Positions 11,449 to 24,932 of a DNA stretch of 64,000 bases are shown piece by piece. How positions within the stretch are numbered: position 1 is the stretch's first letter; every line of letters begins with the position of its first letter. The notes beneath the pieces are model-generated. The model had not been told where the DNA came from, did not search any database, and saw only the letters and a list, made by a program, of their open reading frames with translations. Origin of the DNA: Microthyrium microscopicum (taxonomy: Eukaryota); assembly GCA_010405405.1 (NCBI GenBank), contig MU004236.1, positions 446,576-510,575 of the forward strand. Reading direction: 5' to 3'. A program made the position numbers and the translations under genes.

Positions 11449-14400
11449 ATGCCAGACACGCGATGGAAAAGACGGCGGGAAGAGCGATGGAGATCAAGAG
11501 ACTTTGTTCCAGATTCCGAGGATGAGGACACGGCTGAAAGCATAGGGCATGCTGATATTACGCGTAGCGTAGCCTTTTCACAGGCCACGAAGCCATCAGC
11601 CCCCCCAGTAATCTTGGAGGTAGGTAAGCTCTTATTTATTACATGAACAGCTCTGACCGTCCCTAAGGAAGCACATCAGGATGACGACTCCTCGGAACTT
11701 TCGGATTGTACAGATGTGCCGAGTCCATCTCCCGAAAATCGTGGTATCCGACAGTTCGTGGGTGTTCAGATCACACTTCCTGCTGCTGAACAACCTGCAA
11801 GAAATGAGGCGGTATCAGCCAACGCCGAAGAAGACCAAGAAGAAGCTCCCCGACACACTCGTGATCTGAGGGATCGAAATTTTCGACAAAGACACCCTTA
11901 CAGAGCCGAGCTTCTGCAACACGCTGCCCTCGTGTCTGGTTCAATGAGAGCCGAAATACCGACTCGAGAGCCACCAATACCAGATGCCTCATCAGATGAA
12001 GAGTATTCGTCAGACGGGGCAGAATCCATAACTCGCGACTCATTGTTAAAATCCAGCAGCCCAAATCAACTGCGACAACTTAGTGAGGGTGTACCCCAGA
12101 CCCTTCCTAGCTCTCTGCCCAGTCTGGGTGATGACGATTTACCAGATCTCGATACTATATTCAAGTACGTTAAAGCTGGACAGAAGGGTAAGCTGCTTGT
12201 TGACTCCAAAACCAAACACAAAGATGGCATCGCCCCATCGACAACCGGCGGCCGCGCTCGGAGTATAGTCTCCCATGTGGATGTATATGATGTTGTTTCT
12301 TCTTCGTCTGAAAAGGAAAATCATGTTCCTGCGCGAACTCCTGCGAGGCCTGTTTTCAGGCATCTGGAGCCACCCAAATCTCAGACGCCAAAAACAGTCA
12401 TCAAATTAACCCCTCGCGCTTCAGGCGGTCGTCGACATCAGCAGGTCTGTGATGATTCTACTGATGACGAACTTGCAGAGGTATGGGAGGCCGCACGCAA
12501 GATTAAAGGAGTGCTTCCTGCGTCTTATGTTTTGCTGGATTTGAAGAAGCAACAGAATGCGCCCAATGCAGCTCAACAACCCCATCGACGCATTACCCAA
12601 GCTCCGCCACACTCTCCAGTCCGTGGAGTTGCGCAGCCAACGAAAGTGAGCGCAAATGCGCAAGGAAAATTGCCCCAAATTCCAATGTATTCGTCAGAAT
12701 CTGATGATGCTGAGGATGTCTCTGCCATGGCCGCGCCCGAAATCACACTTACTCCTCAGCACGTGGGTGACTTGGCGATGTTTGATGCAGATCCTGGTCC
12801 AGCTATGGAGGAGGATCTCATTGACTTTGACGGCCCTAGCAATTCAAGACATCGAAAGCGAAAGTCCGCGGGTAATCAACAAGGTCGTCTTCGTGCTTCC
12901 AAAAAACAACGTACCTTGAAAGGCTTTGTAAGCTCATCAAGCTCCAAACCTAATAGCTCAAACCGCCCGCGTACAAAATCTCGAGGCCCATCAAGTAGAA
13001 AGATCGGCGTACTTGATTTTGAATCAGACTCTTCACCTTCAAGGACTACTCCCGACTTCCTCAGAGTTGCAAAACGTCAGGCACGGAAGGATAAAGACTT
13101 GGCCCGCCATAGACCCTCCGGAAAACACATTAGGCTTCGCACCAGAGAAGATACAGCAGACGCTCAAGAGGTGCTTACACGATGGAGAAAAGGGAAAATA
13201 AAACGACGTTATGTAGCTCGGCCGGCGAATGGCAACCTACCGGAGAGCCGCTCGTCAATTGCTAAACACGCAAAGCTCCAAAATCTATCCATGGAGGATT
13301 TCTTGGAGGTTCATCGGTTGGAGAGAATGCGGCCTATTGTGGGGCATCTAAAACCAGACAGCGCCGTCAAGACTGCACCCAAGCGACTCGACGCCAAGTC
13401 ATCTGGCCGAAGACTTGCAGCCTTCCCAACAAATCAAGAGCATCCAAGTCTACGAACCGCACAGCTTGAGTCTCTTGAGTCGGCGGTCGAACGGCAGGTG
13501 CACAAAACGGCTTTTCATTCCGGACTTCGTCAGGTCAACCTCAACTTCGCCACCTCTAAGCAAGGTAAAGAAGTACAGGGTCAAATTATTCACCACACCG
13601 CCCTTAAATCAAATGGAAGCACAACAACCTCTGCTCCCGACAAGAACTCGAACACCGACTCTACAGCCGCAAACACTAAGAGATCCTCGACTCGACCCAA
13701 GAAACGAATTGCACAACACTTGCCAGTGCATAGAAAGGAGTATCGACAACCATCAGAACCTTTATCTACAAACTTCGAATCTAGCGATCCCATTATCTTG
13801 GATAGCACAGAGGTGCCGCCTACCAATATCACTGGATTTGCCAAGTCGTATTCCATAGACCTGGACATCCATCCAGTGCCAAATGAAGCGGCCTTTCAAA
13901 ACACAACCTTCCTTGGTAGCGGAGAATTTCGCTTGGCTCTCCACTTGGAGCACCGAGACCTTGATGTCGATGTTGGCGAGCATGAGTTCAAGATTGGCCA
14001 CTCGACTTACATTTGGTCTCAATGGGGAGAACGAATGAAGATGAATACGCAAGAATTTTACAGGGGGGTTTATAGTATAATAGGAGATCTGGACGAGTCT
14101 CCTTCGCATGACTCTTCGCTTACAGCCTCACACAATGCATTATGGGAAATACCAACACAGCTGAGAGCAATAGCCTCGGCGAATTCAGCCTGGGTGTCTT
14201 TCTCAGATCCCATTGACCGCTATGATTTCGTGGCATTTATGGCCTCGGAGCTGGACGAGCTTTTGGGCCTCACGACTGCTCGTCTAGGGCAGAGCAACTC
14301 GGATACATCAGATCCTGATGTATCTAAAGCTCTTGTTCGAATATCAGTCTATCTTCTGACTCTGCTTGCTCAGGCCAAAGCAATTGGAGGGACCCATCAT

Positions 14401-17400
14401 GATCTGAAAGATATCATCAGTAAACACTCCAGAGTTTTGCTCAAGGCGGTCTTTAGACTTGGCTTAAAGCCTGCACGAGACTTCCTTGAAGAGGTCTGGA
14501 GCGATGACCTTCGCAAAGCCGGCGTATCAGACGATTTTGTTTATGTAGAGGCAATTGTCATCCTACGTCACGTTCTCGATACAACTGAAATCAGCTTCTG
14601 GGACTCTGTTAATGCCATCATCTTGCTGGGTGTCGACAACTTCTGTAGCATACCTTCGTTCGAGGAACGATGGAGGGATACATACACTCTGCTCTCACTC
14701 CTAGGATTTAATGATTTGGGACAAGCCAATCCTACAATACGCTTTACCCATGGCATGGACAACTGGACCATACCTCAACGCTTTTGCCAGAGAGTATTTC
14801 AACTCTACGGTCAATATCCGCGAATGGGGATGAATGAATATATTCGTACCCATCTCAGACGTGTTATTCATCTAATCAATCGCTGGGGATGGAAACAATG
14901 CGATCAGATGATTTCCACCCTCTTCAACTTCTTCGTCCGTACCAACAAACTCGCACCTCTGCATCTTGAGCGAATCACAGATTCTCCCTACTTTCTCGGA
15001 AACCTGGATAAGCATCCCAGTCTGGACGCCCAAGATGCTGATCGATCGTTTGATTTGTTCTTGAAGATCATCGCAACGCGCCTCCATGGTTTGCGAGCAA
15101 CGCACCCGGAGAAAGCATCCGATCTTGTCTACAGACTAATACCCAATCACGATCGGGACCACAGCAATACTCAAACGATCTCTCATGACGATCTTGCTGC
15201 ACTAAGAAACCACCAGGACCTGCTGTGCACTCTATTCTGGCAAGCTCCTCAGAAGGATAAACTTCGTCCCTTTAAACAACTGGCAGGTCTGGTGGACCAC
15301 CGAACGTCTCATCAAAGAGTATGTCTGCTCAATGTACAAGCCTTCAAGAACCTGGTCAGATATCAGTTTACGGCTTCCAGCCAACCAGTGCCAATGGAGA
15401 AGTTCTCGGGATGGATTAAGGAAATCATCGCTCATCTTCTTGAGCAATTCCATATCGCAAGGTCAGCAACAGAGTTGGAGCGTGCCTCTAATATTGGCTC
15501 TGCCATCCCGTCTAGTGAACTTGTTCAGACAACCATTCGTAAGAACCAGAAACCGGTTCTCAGAACGCTTGGGGAAGTTGTCACTGCAATGGGGGTCGCT
15601 ACTCAACTCTCCAAATCCCAGTTGAAGATCGCCGACTTCTTGAAAGACTCTGAATTCGAAAAGATCTTCATGGTATCAGCAGACAACCATTCCGAAGTTA
15701 ACAGTCTGATGGTTTCTGCGATTCAGCTCTATAACCAATTCCTGGATCTACCCGATCACATCGATCAGCACATGTCGGAAGAGAGTCAAGACTACTATGG
15801 TGACGACTTCTCTTATGTAGATCTCGAATTTGTGGAGAAGCCACTATTTGAATTTCTCTCAACCTCTTTTGAAGCTGATAAGAGCCCGAATGACCTGGTT
15901 GCACCTGCATTGGTGAAGTGCTGGGTCAAGTACGTCTCTTTGCAAGTTCAACGAAATGCACTGAAATCATGGGAAGACTTCATAGGCTCTTATGGGGAAT
16001 GCTCATGGGAGCGATTTCCCAGCAGTCATCACAAGAGCAAATATGGCGCCCTTTTTTACGCCTCTCTTCTGTCTTCAGACAAGTCGGCTTTCAAAGCAAT
16101 CACAACAGCCATCTCAAACAAGGAAGTGGTTATCAGAACCTGGCTAGTATCGCTGGTTGAGCGAGTGTCTCGTCTGAAGTACCAACATGAACTGACCTCA
16201 TCCATCCTCAATTCTGATGCCTCAGACCCGCTTCTTTCAAACCTGCCATTCTGGAAAGACAAAGATGGCCAGTACAGACTCACCTTTACAGAGCTCCAAA
16301 GTCGTCGCCTTGCACTGATCTCAAGCCTGCTCGAAAACATGAGCTTGATTCACGATACACGCCACATGCACTTCGCGCCAACTCTAAACCAAACCGAGAT
16401 CAAAGCTTGCTTAAAAGCAATGATGGAAGCAATGAAATCGAACTACAAAGAAATGAAGCAAAAAGACTCCACCAGTGGTGACTACATCCACTTCGTCCAG
16501 CAGATTATTAGCCTCCTCCAACAATACACCGCCCACATCGTCGCCGTCGACCGCTTTTTCACCGATGACACCACCTTCCCCGTTCCCGCTCATGATCCCG
16601 CATACATCGCCAGCCAGCTACTCAGCTACAACAACAAACTCCGAGATGATAGCACCATCCGCAAGCTCATATTCTTCCTGCTGCCCCTCGCCCACCGAGC
16701 CGCAAAAGAAAATCAGCATGACCGCCTCACATGCCAACTGATCGCAGCCATGACTCATGGCTCCGAAGACGCACCAACACCGACCCTCCGCGCCGTCCTC
16801 CTTCAAGCGGTCTTCCCAGCATACATCCAACTCGCCATCTCCTCGCCTTGCGGCTGGCTATTTGCGCGGCCCATCATATCTGCCAGCACGGATGTATTGA
16901 ACACAATGATCTACAAATTTACACACTCCGATCCAGCCGGGCGCGCGACCGCACTCACCAGCCTTTCCGCTACCCTCTCCGTCCTCCACTCTACCCTCCA
17001 GCCACTCCTACACGATCTACGAACCCTGCGCCAACCACATGTTCTGCGTGTGCTAGCACCACTAATCCGTCTCGCCAGCGCTGTGCTTCCAACTTTAATC
17101 TATCTACAGCGCATGATGCATGTAGGCGCCGAATGCATGAATTCAGTGCAATTCATGCGCGCCTTCACAGTGATCATCGCACAGTTGTTGATGGAGCGCG
17201 AACCAACTCTTGAGATTATAAATCCACTCCACAGGCTAGCTGCATTACCAGAACAGTATGACGACGTGCGCAGAGTATGTCACACAGAGCTGGAGCGCGT
17301 ACTGCGAGATTCGTGGGTCTTTGATGAAGGACAGCACAAGTACTATGTGCTGAAGAACCGGGAACGGCAGGAAGTTGACGTGCCAGCGATGGATTACGCA

Positions 17401-17478
17401 GTGGTAAAGGCCGAGATAGTTGACGCGATTGAAGAGTATCACACCATTTTGCATAGGATGAAAGGATTGGGAATATGA
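11449..17478 (+). CDS. MMS22: Mus7/MMS22-family DNA repair protein (1 intron ~11620-11667)
   Basis: 1920-aa ORF with a long disordered N-terminus and a helical C-terminus carrying DLAALRNHQDLLCTLFW and VDHRTSHQRVCLLNVQAFKNLVRYQ, typical of fungal Mus7/Mms22. First exon MPDTRWKRR..DFVPDSEDE. Confidence 0.85.
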
Positions 17479-18418
17479 TTTTAGCATAAAAGCATAGAAA
17501 TGCAATATCAAGAAACCCATAATGCACACACGCGCTCATAGCAGATTTAAAAGTGATAAAACAAAGTGGAATGAATTATTGTTGTTGATAGCAGAACCAA
17601 CCGAAATCGAGCAACATTTCCCAAGGAGTAGAGGAACTCTATTTCATTTCAAAAGAACAGATTTGCCAGCAGGGTATACAACTAATACAACAACATACAA
17701 CTTTTTGTGAATAGCCGACATTCCGAGAGCTCTTTTCCGTCAGCAAAATCAATCTTGGAAAATCCCATCCACCGCGCTCCTGCAAAGCCCGATCCAAAGG
17801 ATGACAGGCATATCGAAAATCAGGCAACAAGATCAAAAAATTCCCTGTAACAAAGACTGCCGTTTCCCCTATCAAATGCATGTTCTATCCGTAAAACCCC
17901 AAGCAGTACCGTTACAACCGTTACAAAGAAGGGATAAGAAAGAGGGGTGTTGAGGCAGACTGTGATATGCCTGTACAGGTGTAGTGGGTGGGTATGTCGT
18001 TAATGGCCCGGAGGAATTAGTGTAAGCAAATCATCGTCTCCGAGGGTAATGGATAAGTGACATTCAGTGGCAGTTGAGGCAAGACACCATGACGATGTAC
18101 TTGACAGTGGATTCTTGGTCGATAGTTGAATTCGGCATATCAATAAAGCTTTTCGTTCTGATAATCAGAGCTGCTGAAGACTGGAGTGATGAAAGACACT
18201 TTTCGCCTAAAAATGCTCTTATACACCATTATTCAAATGAACGTGATGGCTTCGATTGAAACAACCGAAATTTCGTAGATGGCAGCAAGCCCCCATGATG
18301 ACTTTGACATGACTTTATCGAGTATCATGGGAAACCAAGAGTCTACAAAGAAAGAATGCCATTGAACAAGAGAAAGAGAGGTGGTGGGAAAGGTTGATTT
18401 GAGTTCTGATCGGATGAT

Positions 18419-21414
18419 CTACTCTTCCTCGCTGCTGGAAGACTCGTCTTCGCTGCTCTCTACTTGACCACCTGCTGGGTATACGTTAGCTTTGAAATTT
18501 ACAACAAGGAGGACAGAAACTGAGTCCGAGCAAAGCACTCAAGACTGTGAAATTACCAATAACAGGTTTTGAAGCCATTGGAATCGAGGCGGAGCTGAAA
18601 GCAGCACGATCATAGCCAGACCGTCCACCTCCCAGCATCCGATGTGGAGAAACCGAGTTCCCGTTGACGTTGACATTGCCACCAGCACTTGCGGTGCCAA
18701 TATCGAGTCTAGAAGCCTGGTTTTGCGCTGAAGAAATCGCTTGTCGCTTACCATCGTTGTTGCCATTCTCGGAGCCAGATTGATTATCGAATCGTTGCAG
18801 CTGCTGCTTAACCTGAGCTATCTTAGATTCCTGTTCGCGGGCACTCATAGGCTTGCTCTTCTTTCGCTGAGTAGTTGAATGCTGCTTGGGCAGTGCTGAT
18901 TCTTCATAATCTTCATCTTCGGCGACATCGGTTCCGGTGTTGCGTCGGTAATTCTTAACAAACTTTAGCAGGTCATGAAGCACATGGTCGGGGATCTCAT
19001 CAACATCAAGCTCGAGTTCGTCATCATGCACGTCCTAGAACGATGTCAGTATCAGTGGTTTGCGAAAAGAAATTGAGACTTACTCTAAGCTTCGGCACGC
19101 CGTTCCTTATCATTTGCACCGCTTTGCGCATATTAGCCTCATCTAAATCTGCAATGCCATCTGAAACATAGCGCTTCTGTTCGAGGGAAAGGCGCTTTGG
19201 CTTTGGAGGTTTCTTGGTCTTGGTGCTTGTCTTCTGTGTCAAAGCCCCGAGGCTGGTGCTACCACGTTTAGTCTTCTTCGAACCCTCCACTTTCACTTTC
19301 TTGTCCTTCTTCTTGCCTTTGCTTTGGGTGTGGGCACTAGAAAGACTAATAACTTCTGCAGAAAGAGCAGCGATTTGTTTTTGCAGATCCATCATTCGAC
19401 GTAATTGTTCATCTTTGCCTTCGCCTTCACTCTCTTCAGACTCTTCATCCGAGTCAGCATCGCTGGGTGGCTCTGAGGGGGGTTGATTGTTTGCAATCCA
19501 CTCGTCCTTCTTGGTCCATGCCTGCTCAAAGGCTTCCTGGGTCTTCTGCCCAGCAGTGTGAACCAAATCCCCAGGCGCATTGAACAAGAAACAATTCTTG
19601 AATACGAGCTCCGCATCAGCATGAAATTCCTTTGCATTTTTATAGGCCCCGTCTTGCAGTTTCTTGTCAATGGTCCCAAAATCCATCGGCTTCTTCACGA
19701 TCTTGTTGTAGTGTGGAATGTTCAAAGCGACGGTATCCACAGCAGACATGAAGTAATGCGAGTGCGCGCTGATCTTTGCCTTTTTCAGTTCCTTGATAAC
19801 CTCTTCACAGAACTCTAGTTCTAATCGAGGTTGCTTTCGCTTTCGATCTTTGTTGGTTACAGAAGTATAGACTAGGTCTTTGGACGGAGGTTTGATGATC
19901 TCACGCTTTGGCCGACTGGACTCAGAATCACGACGTATGGCAGGTACGCCATTCGCGTCAACATATGATTCCTGTCGTTTGGGAGGATCGGGCTTGGCCT
20001 TTGGTGTTACTGCCTTGGGAGCCGGGGTACCTGTAGGTGGCGACGGATTAGTTGGGGGATTGACTTTGGCCATTGCTGCAGTTCTGGACTCACGACGCGG
20101 AGGCATTGTTTTTGTGGGTGGCTGAGCTTTTTTCTTTTGTGCGTCATGAGAACCATCACCAGTAGGCAGAGTTTGCATTAGCTTTGCGAAGTATTGGCGG
20201 AGATTAACCCCCGAATACGACACAGCATGTGTTGGTCCGTTGAAAGTGAGGGCATTCTGCACCATCAGGTCCATATCCTGCCAGAAATCGTTTGCCGAAG
20301 CGTAAGCCTCCTTCTTCAGTTTTTCTTCAACCGTGCTGATATCCATTGGATTTTTGATGACGTCCGGATAGGTTGGCAGACCCAGGCTGACATGATCAAC
20401 GGGACTCAGAAATGGGAGCGCAGCTTTAGTTTTCTTAGTCTTCCGAAGACTATCCAGAAGAAATCGATGTTGAGCTTTGGTCATTTGATTGGTGTCAAAC
20501 TGAAGAGGAACCGTGGGACCAGGTGGAGGCGCCATGACAGACGCGTTTGTTTCTGCATCTTCAGTCGCAGCGCCTGCAGTGGCAGTATCACCACTGACGT
20601 TGGCTGAACCGGTAACATCCGGCGTAGTCTTGGCGCGTTTTGCATCAGGCTCATTGTCCTCGTCATCGTCGCGTGGACGGACTTGGCCGGCAGCTCGAGG
20701 CATGCGCATCTCAAGAGACTGACCTGCGACAAGTGTGTTCGACGAAGACTGAGGTTTGGCTGAGGATTGGGGCTTCGGAATTTCCGCCTGTTCTTCCTTA
20801 TCGCCGTTTGGCGCTTCAGCGGGGTTATCGAGAGGATTTATAGTTTCAGCTTGTTGATTATCGATCGGGTTTTCATCAACTACCATAGGTTCTGGAGAGA
20901 GCTCTGCAGCAGTTGTGGTGGGTTCTAGAGAGACAGGTTCGTCGCGAACGTCCGAGGTAGGTTGTTCAATGGGTGGTGGGACTGCGTCGGTTTCTTGAAT
21001 AGGTGCGGTGTCTATTGTGGGATCTTCGGGAATAATAGGCTCCGCACTTGCCACTCGTTCAGGCTGAGGTTTTGGCTCAACGACAGAAACGGCAGGCGCG
21101 ACCGACTCTTCAGCATCAACCCCACCTTCCACCGCTTTTCCATTGGGTATATCGTGCGCGTCATCCATTACAACATCTTCTCCATCTCCGTTGGCTTGTC
21201 CATTTATCGCGACGGGAACCGAAGGTTTCGAGGTGACAGGTTCTTGTACATGTCCATTGGCATCGCTGCTATTCAAATCATCTATCAGCACATGTTCTTT
21301 GGGTTACGCGCAAAGACGCGATACGCACCCATTAGTTTGCGAGTCCAGATCCATCTTAGTATTTTCAGCGGAGATCGAACCAACAACAGCAGGCGATTCC
21401 GACATTATTGCCAT
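18419..21414 (-). CDS. BDF1: BET-family double-bromodomain + ET domain protein (3 introns)
   Basis: BD1 PFLSPVDHVSLGLPTYPDVIKNPMDIST..NALTFN; BD2 YFMSAVDTVALNIPHYNKIVKKPMDFGT..NCFLFN; ET domain LSLEQKRYVSDGI..ELELDVDEIP. Acidic SEED tail after intron 18475-18751. Confidence 0.93.
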
Positions 21415-23288
21415 TGCATGTTTCGACGGACAGAATGTATTCGTGATTCGGAATTCGACGGGAGTGATAGGACAGAGGAGCTGAAAGATGGCCGGGCGCA
21501 GGAGATTTTATAGTTGGAGAATGGAAGAGGTGAAGGTGGTCGCACGGGGCGCGGGAGGGAGATGGTGGTATTGATGGCGAGGTTTGTTGTGGTGATGGTT
21601 ATGGAGAGGTGGAAGAACGAAACTAGGTTTGAAGTCAGACAAAATAGACCGGAATTGCTGGGTTTATATGCGCTTCGCAGCAAGAGGCTAAACAGCGGCT
21701 AGGGTGTAGGTGCTAGGTAAGTAATAGGGTCATGGTAGGCAGGCGCATTGGTGCATTGGTGCAGCCGCAACGGGAGAGGCAACAACTACACTTTCCAAGG
21801 TTGACAATAATTCATGTAAATTTCCAGTAGTAGGCAAGAGGCAATAGGCGGCAAGTAACATGAACAGGCAGAAAACCGTTGTATGCCACGTGATAGCCTG
21901 TTGCCACCATTGAAGCTGCAGGTAGAGATCGCGTGGTGAAAGTGCAGATGGCTACGCGATGCGACCTTTAAAAACACGATTCAAAATAGGAACAATTGCA
22001 ACACCATGAACGGAACATGATAGGAGGGGGTTGGACAGAAACAAGGGCTGGTTCGCGAGTGTATGATCAACCCTACACATAACAGGTATGAAAGAACAAG
22101 TATTGTGCATACCGGAGATATAGATAAACCTATCCAAATTTATCGCCTTATTGCTGGATGTAAGGTGAAGTATATGTAGAACCGCGCGGATATGGAATAT
22201 CAATGATGGAAGGAAGGAGCGTGAATGCGACAAGGCTGTGGTGTACTGTAGGTCGCGATTGGAGGTTTAGGGAACAGCGGAAAATCAGATGAGCAGGCGG
22301 AAAGAGCAGACCAGACACGACTTTATGTCTTTCCACTCCTCCACTTGCATGGGCCGCTGATTACACCCTATCCCTATTGGCTGATCTGGCTAGTCCACAG
22401 CTTGGTCCAATTATCTGCCATTGCACCAAGCCTTCAGAAAAAAATAAGTGGCATCAATGCTCCCATCAAGTGTCATGTCTACCATCTGCTTCGCTTTATT
22501 TCGAGGGCTTGGATTTCCTATTCAGTGCCTATAATACTCGATCCTCCATAGAATGCGATGGGCTTTAGAGTAGCTTTTGTTTAAGAAGTACGATGGGAGA
22601 CAGCATACTTGATGGGAGCGCGCCATATATTTTGTCACCCGGTTGCAAGGCTTAAGAAAAAAATGCAGCCTCGTCGCTAGGCTTCAAACTTAAGCTTCCA
22701 GCATCGCACGATGCGTGTTTTGTGGTTCAAGGTGTTGTACGCGATGCCGTCTCCGGGTTGATCTGATATGGACCGTGATAAGCCTGGATGCACGCGGCTA
22801 TGATAATGGTAATCGTTCAAGGCTTACAAGTTACGGCAACTGTGAATTTGTGTCACAGGTAACTAACTCCCTTGCAAGACCGGTGTCCCAGCGTATCGCA
22901 TTATCTCCAAGAGCGCGCGTCACTTGGTGACCACATAGATATTTGGACTCACTATTGCTCGGCCAAGTAAGTTAAATAAAAAACGTGCTGAGGTTATATC
23001 AATGAGTTCAACTTGAGATGGATGAGTACGGAGGAAAGGAGGCATGAATAGTCGAGGTTATGTAGCGTGCGACTTCCTTAGGGACTGGGCGCATGGACCC
23101 ATTTTGCCAAGAACCAGCCGCTTGCTTAGTGGAGAAGCTACGAGGCCCCTCCGCAATTTTTTTCTCCAACACTAAATTTCAGTTGCAATTTTCCTAAACC
23201 CAATTGCCAGAGCCCGTGGACTATCTCAACTATACCAACACTTCCTCAAACCTCCCGTATATTCTCCGGTACTGCTTCCATACACATC

Positions 23289-24575
23289 ATGCCCAGTGTC
23301 ACCTCCCGGTCTCGCAAGGCCGACGAGCTGCTCGGAAACGAGCGTGCCGCCAAAAAAATTAAGACCTCGACAACGTCACACGATCGCTCTGAACCGTCCC
23401 TCAAATCGGCCTTACTTTCCAATGGCAATACCAAGAAGCTCGAAGCTAACCTAACCAGTACACCAAATAAGACTGGTCATGTAGTGAACGAGACCAACGC
23501 AACTATCAGCAATACTGTCGGTCAAATACCCAGGCCAGCCACTACCGAAGTTATCGAACTATCCAGCAATTCTGAGAGTAGCGATGAGTCGGAAGATGAC
23601 GATGAAGAGCCAGACTCGAATGGCATTCTTCAAACCAACGGTGCCGCATCAGACGAGGAAGAACAAGAGCTCAACGGAATATCCACTAGCGATAAAGAAA
23701 ACGAGATGGAACTAGACCCCGACTCCGCCAACGACGAAGTCACATTTGGCGATCTCGTCCAAGCAGGTCCCATTGACGTCGAAGCAGCACTCAAGCCCAC
23801 CACCCATACCTCCACACCGCTCGCACCCCGCCTAGCCTCACAACGCAACGCCATAACATCAACATCTCTCGGCACAGTCCTCACGCAAGCACTCAACACC
23901 AACGATCGCGAGCTCATCGAAGAATGCTACCTCACCCACGATCTCGACGCCATTCGCGCCACCATCGCGAGACTGCAGCCACAACTCGTTGAAAAGCTGC
24001 TGCAAAACATCGCCGATAAACTGCATAAGCGTCCTGGTCGGGCTAGTAACCTCATGGTCTGGGTGCAGTGGTCTCTGGTGTCGCATGGTGGGTATTTGGC
24101 TACGAGGGCGGATGTTGTTAACAAGTTGAGCTCGCTGAATCGCGTAATAAGAGAACGTGCCAGCGGGCTTCAGTCTCTATTGACACTCAAGGGCAAGCTG
24201 GATATGCTGAATGCTCAGCTCGAATTACGCCGTGAAGCTATGGAGCTGATTGGCCGGGACTCGGATGACGATGAGGAGGTGGTTATCTATGTGGAAGGAC
24301 AAGAGAATGAGCTGCCGAAAGGTGGTATCGAGGATGATGATTTGGACGTGGACGATGATGCTTTGGCTGGTGCCGTCATTCAAGATGAGGATGACGACTC
24401 GGATGACTCGGAGGACTTTTCGGATGATGAATCCGTGTCAGCGGATGGCTTCTCGGGTGGAATACCCAGTGAGCCATCAGTTGGTAGCGCTTCAGAGGAT
24501 GAGGATGAGGAAAGTGAGCCGGAGCCGGTGGCAACAACAAAAGCTTCCAAGAAGGGCAAAGGCAAGAAGAAATAG
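23289..24575 (+). CDS. UTP5: SSU processome Utp5-like protein (Dip2/Utp12 C-terminal domain)
   Basis: SLGTVLTQALNTNDRELIEEC..IRATIARL..NLMVWVQWSLVSHGGYL..LLTLKGKLDML, followed by an acidic tail and a basic C-terminus. Confidence 0.82.
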   Translation: MPSVTSRSRKADELLGNERAAKKIKTSTTSHDRSEPSLKSALLSNGNTKKLEANLTSTPNKTGHVVNETNATISNTVGQIPRPATTEVIELSSNSESSDESEDDDEEPDSNGILQTNGAASDEEEQELNGISTSDKENEMELDPDSANDEVTFGDLVQAGPIDVEAALKPTTHTSTPLAPRLASQRNAITSTSLGTVLTQALNTNDRELIEECYLTHDLDAIRATIARLQPQLVEKLLQNIADKLHKRPGRASNLMVWVQWSLVSHGGYLATRADVVNKLSSLNRVIRERASGLQSLLTLKGKLDMLNAQLELRREAMELIGRDSDDDEEVVIYVEGQENELPKGGIEDDDLDVDDDALAGAVIQDEDDDSDDSEDFSDDESVSADGFSGGIPSEPSVGSASEDEDEESEPEPVATTKASKKGKGKKK

Positions 24576-24932
24576 ATTGATCTTATGTCTTTGGCTTCGA
24601 GCGGCAATCGTTGCGTTCATAGCGGTTTACGTCGTCTTTTTTTTCAACTTATATCAGTCCTACAAGTCAAAGGGGCTTGATTGTATTATATTTGACCCAT
24701 GAGGACATGAGTGGGCAGATACCATGGGGTTCTGGATGGACTGGATTATATCAATCCATAATGTATAGCCGTAGAAATACATGTTTACATCGTCATGACT
24801 CTCTCCAAAAATTCGACGCTTTGAAGCTCTCATAATTATCAAATCATATCTATCGTAACACATAACTCCATGATAACCCTTGAATCCTTACAACGCCATC
24901 CCAATGCCTTTGTGAAAGTCAGATGTGACAAA

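Noticed and set aside
11716..17478. Many antisense and alternate-frame ORFs nested in long genes
   Set aside because: Expected shadows of codon bias, with no independent support.
23289..24575. Utp5-like protein lacks the WD40 propeller of yeast Utp5/WDR43
   Set aside because: The ORF is intact and, as I recall, short forms are usual in filamentous ascomycetes. Not evidence of truncation.
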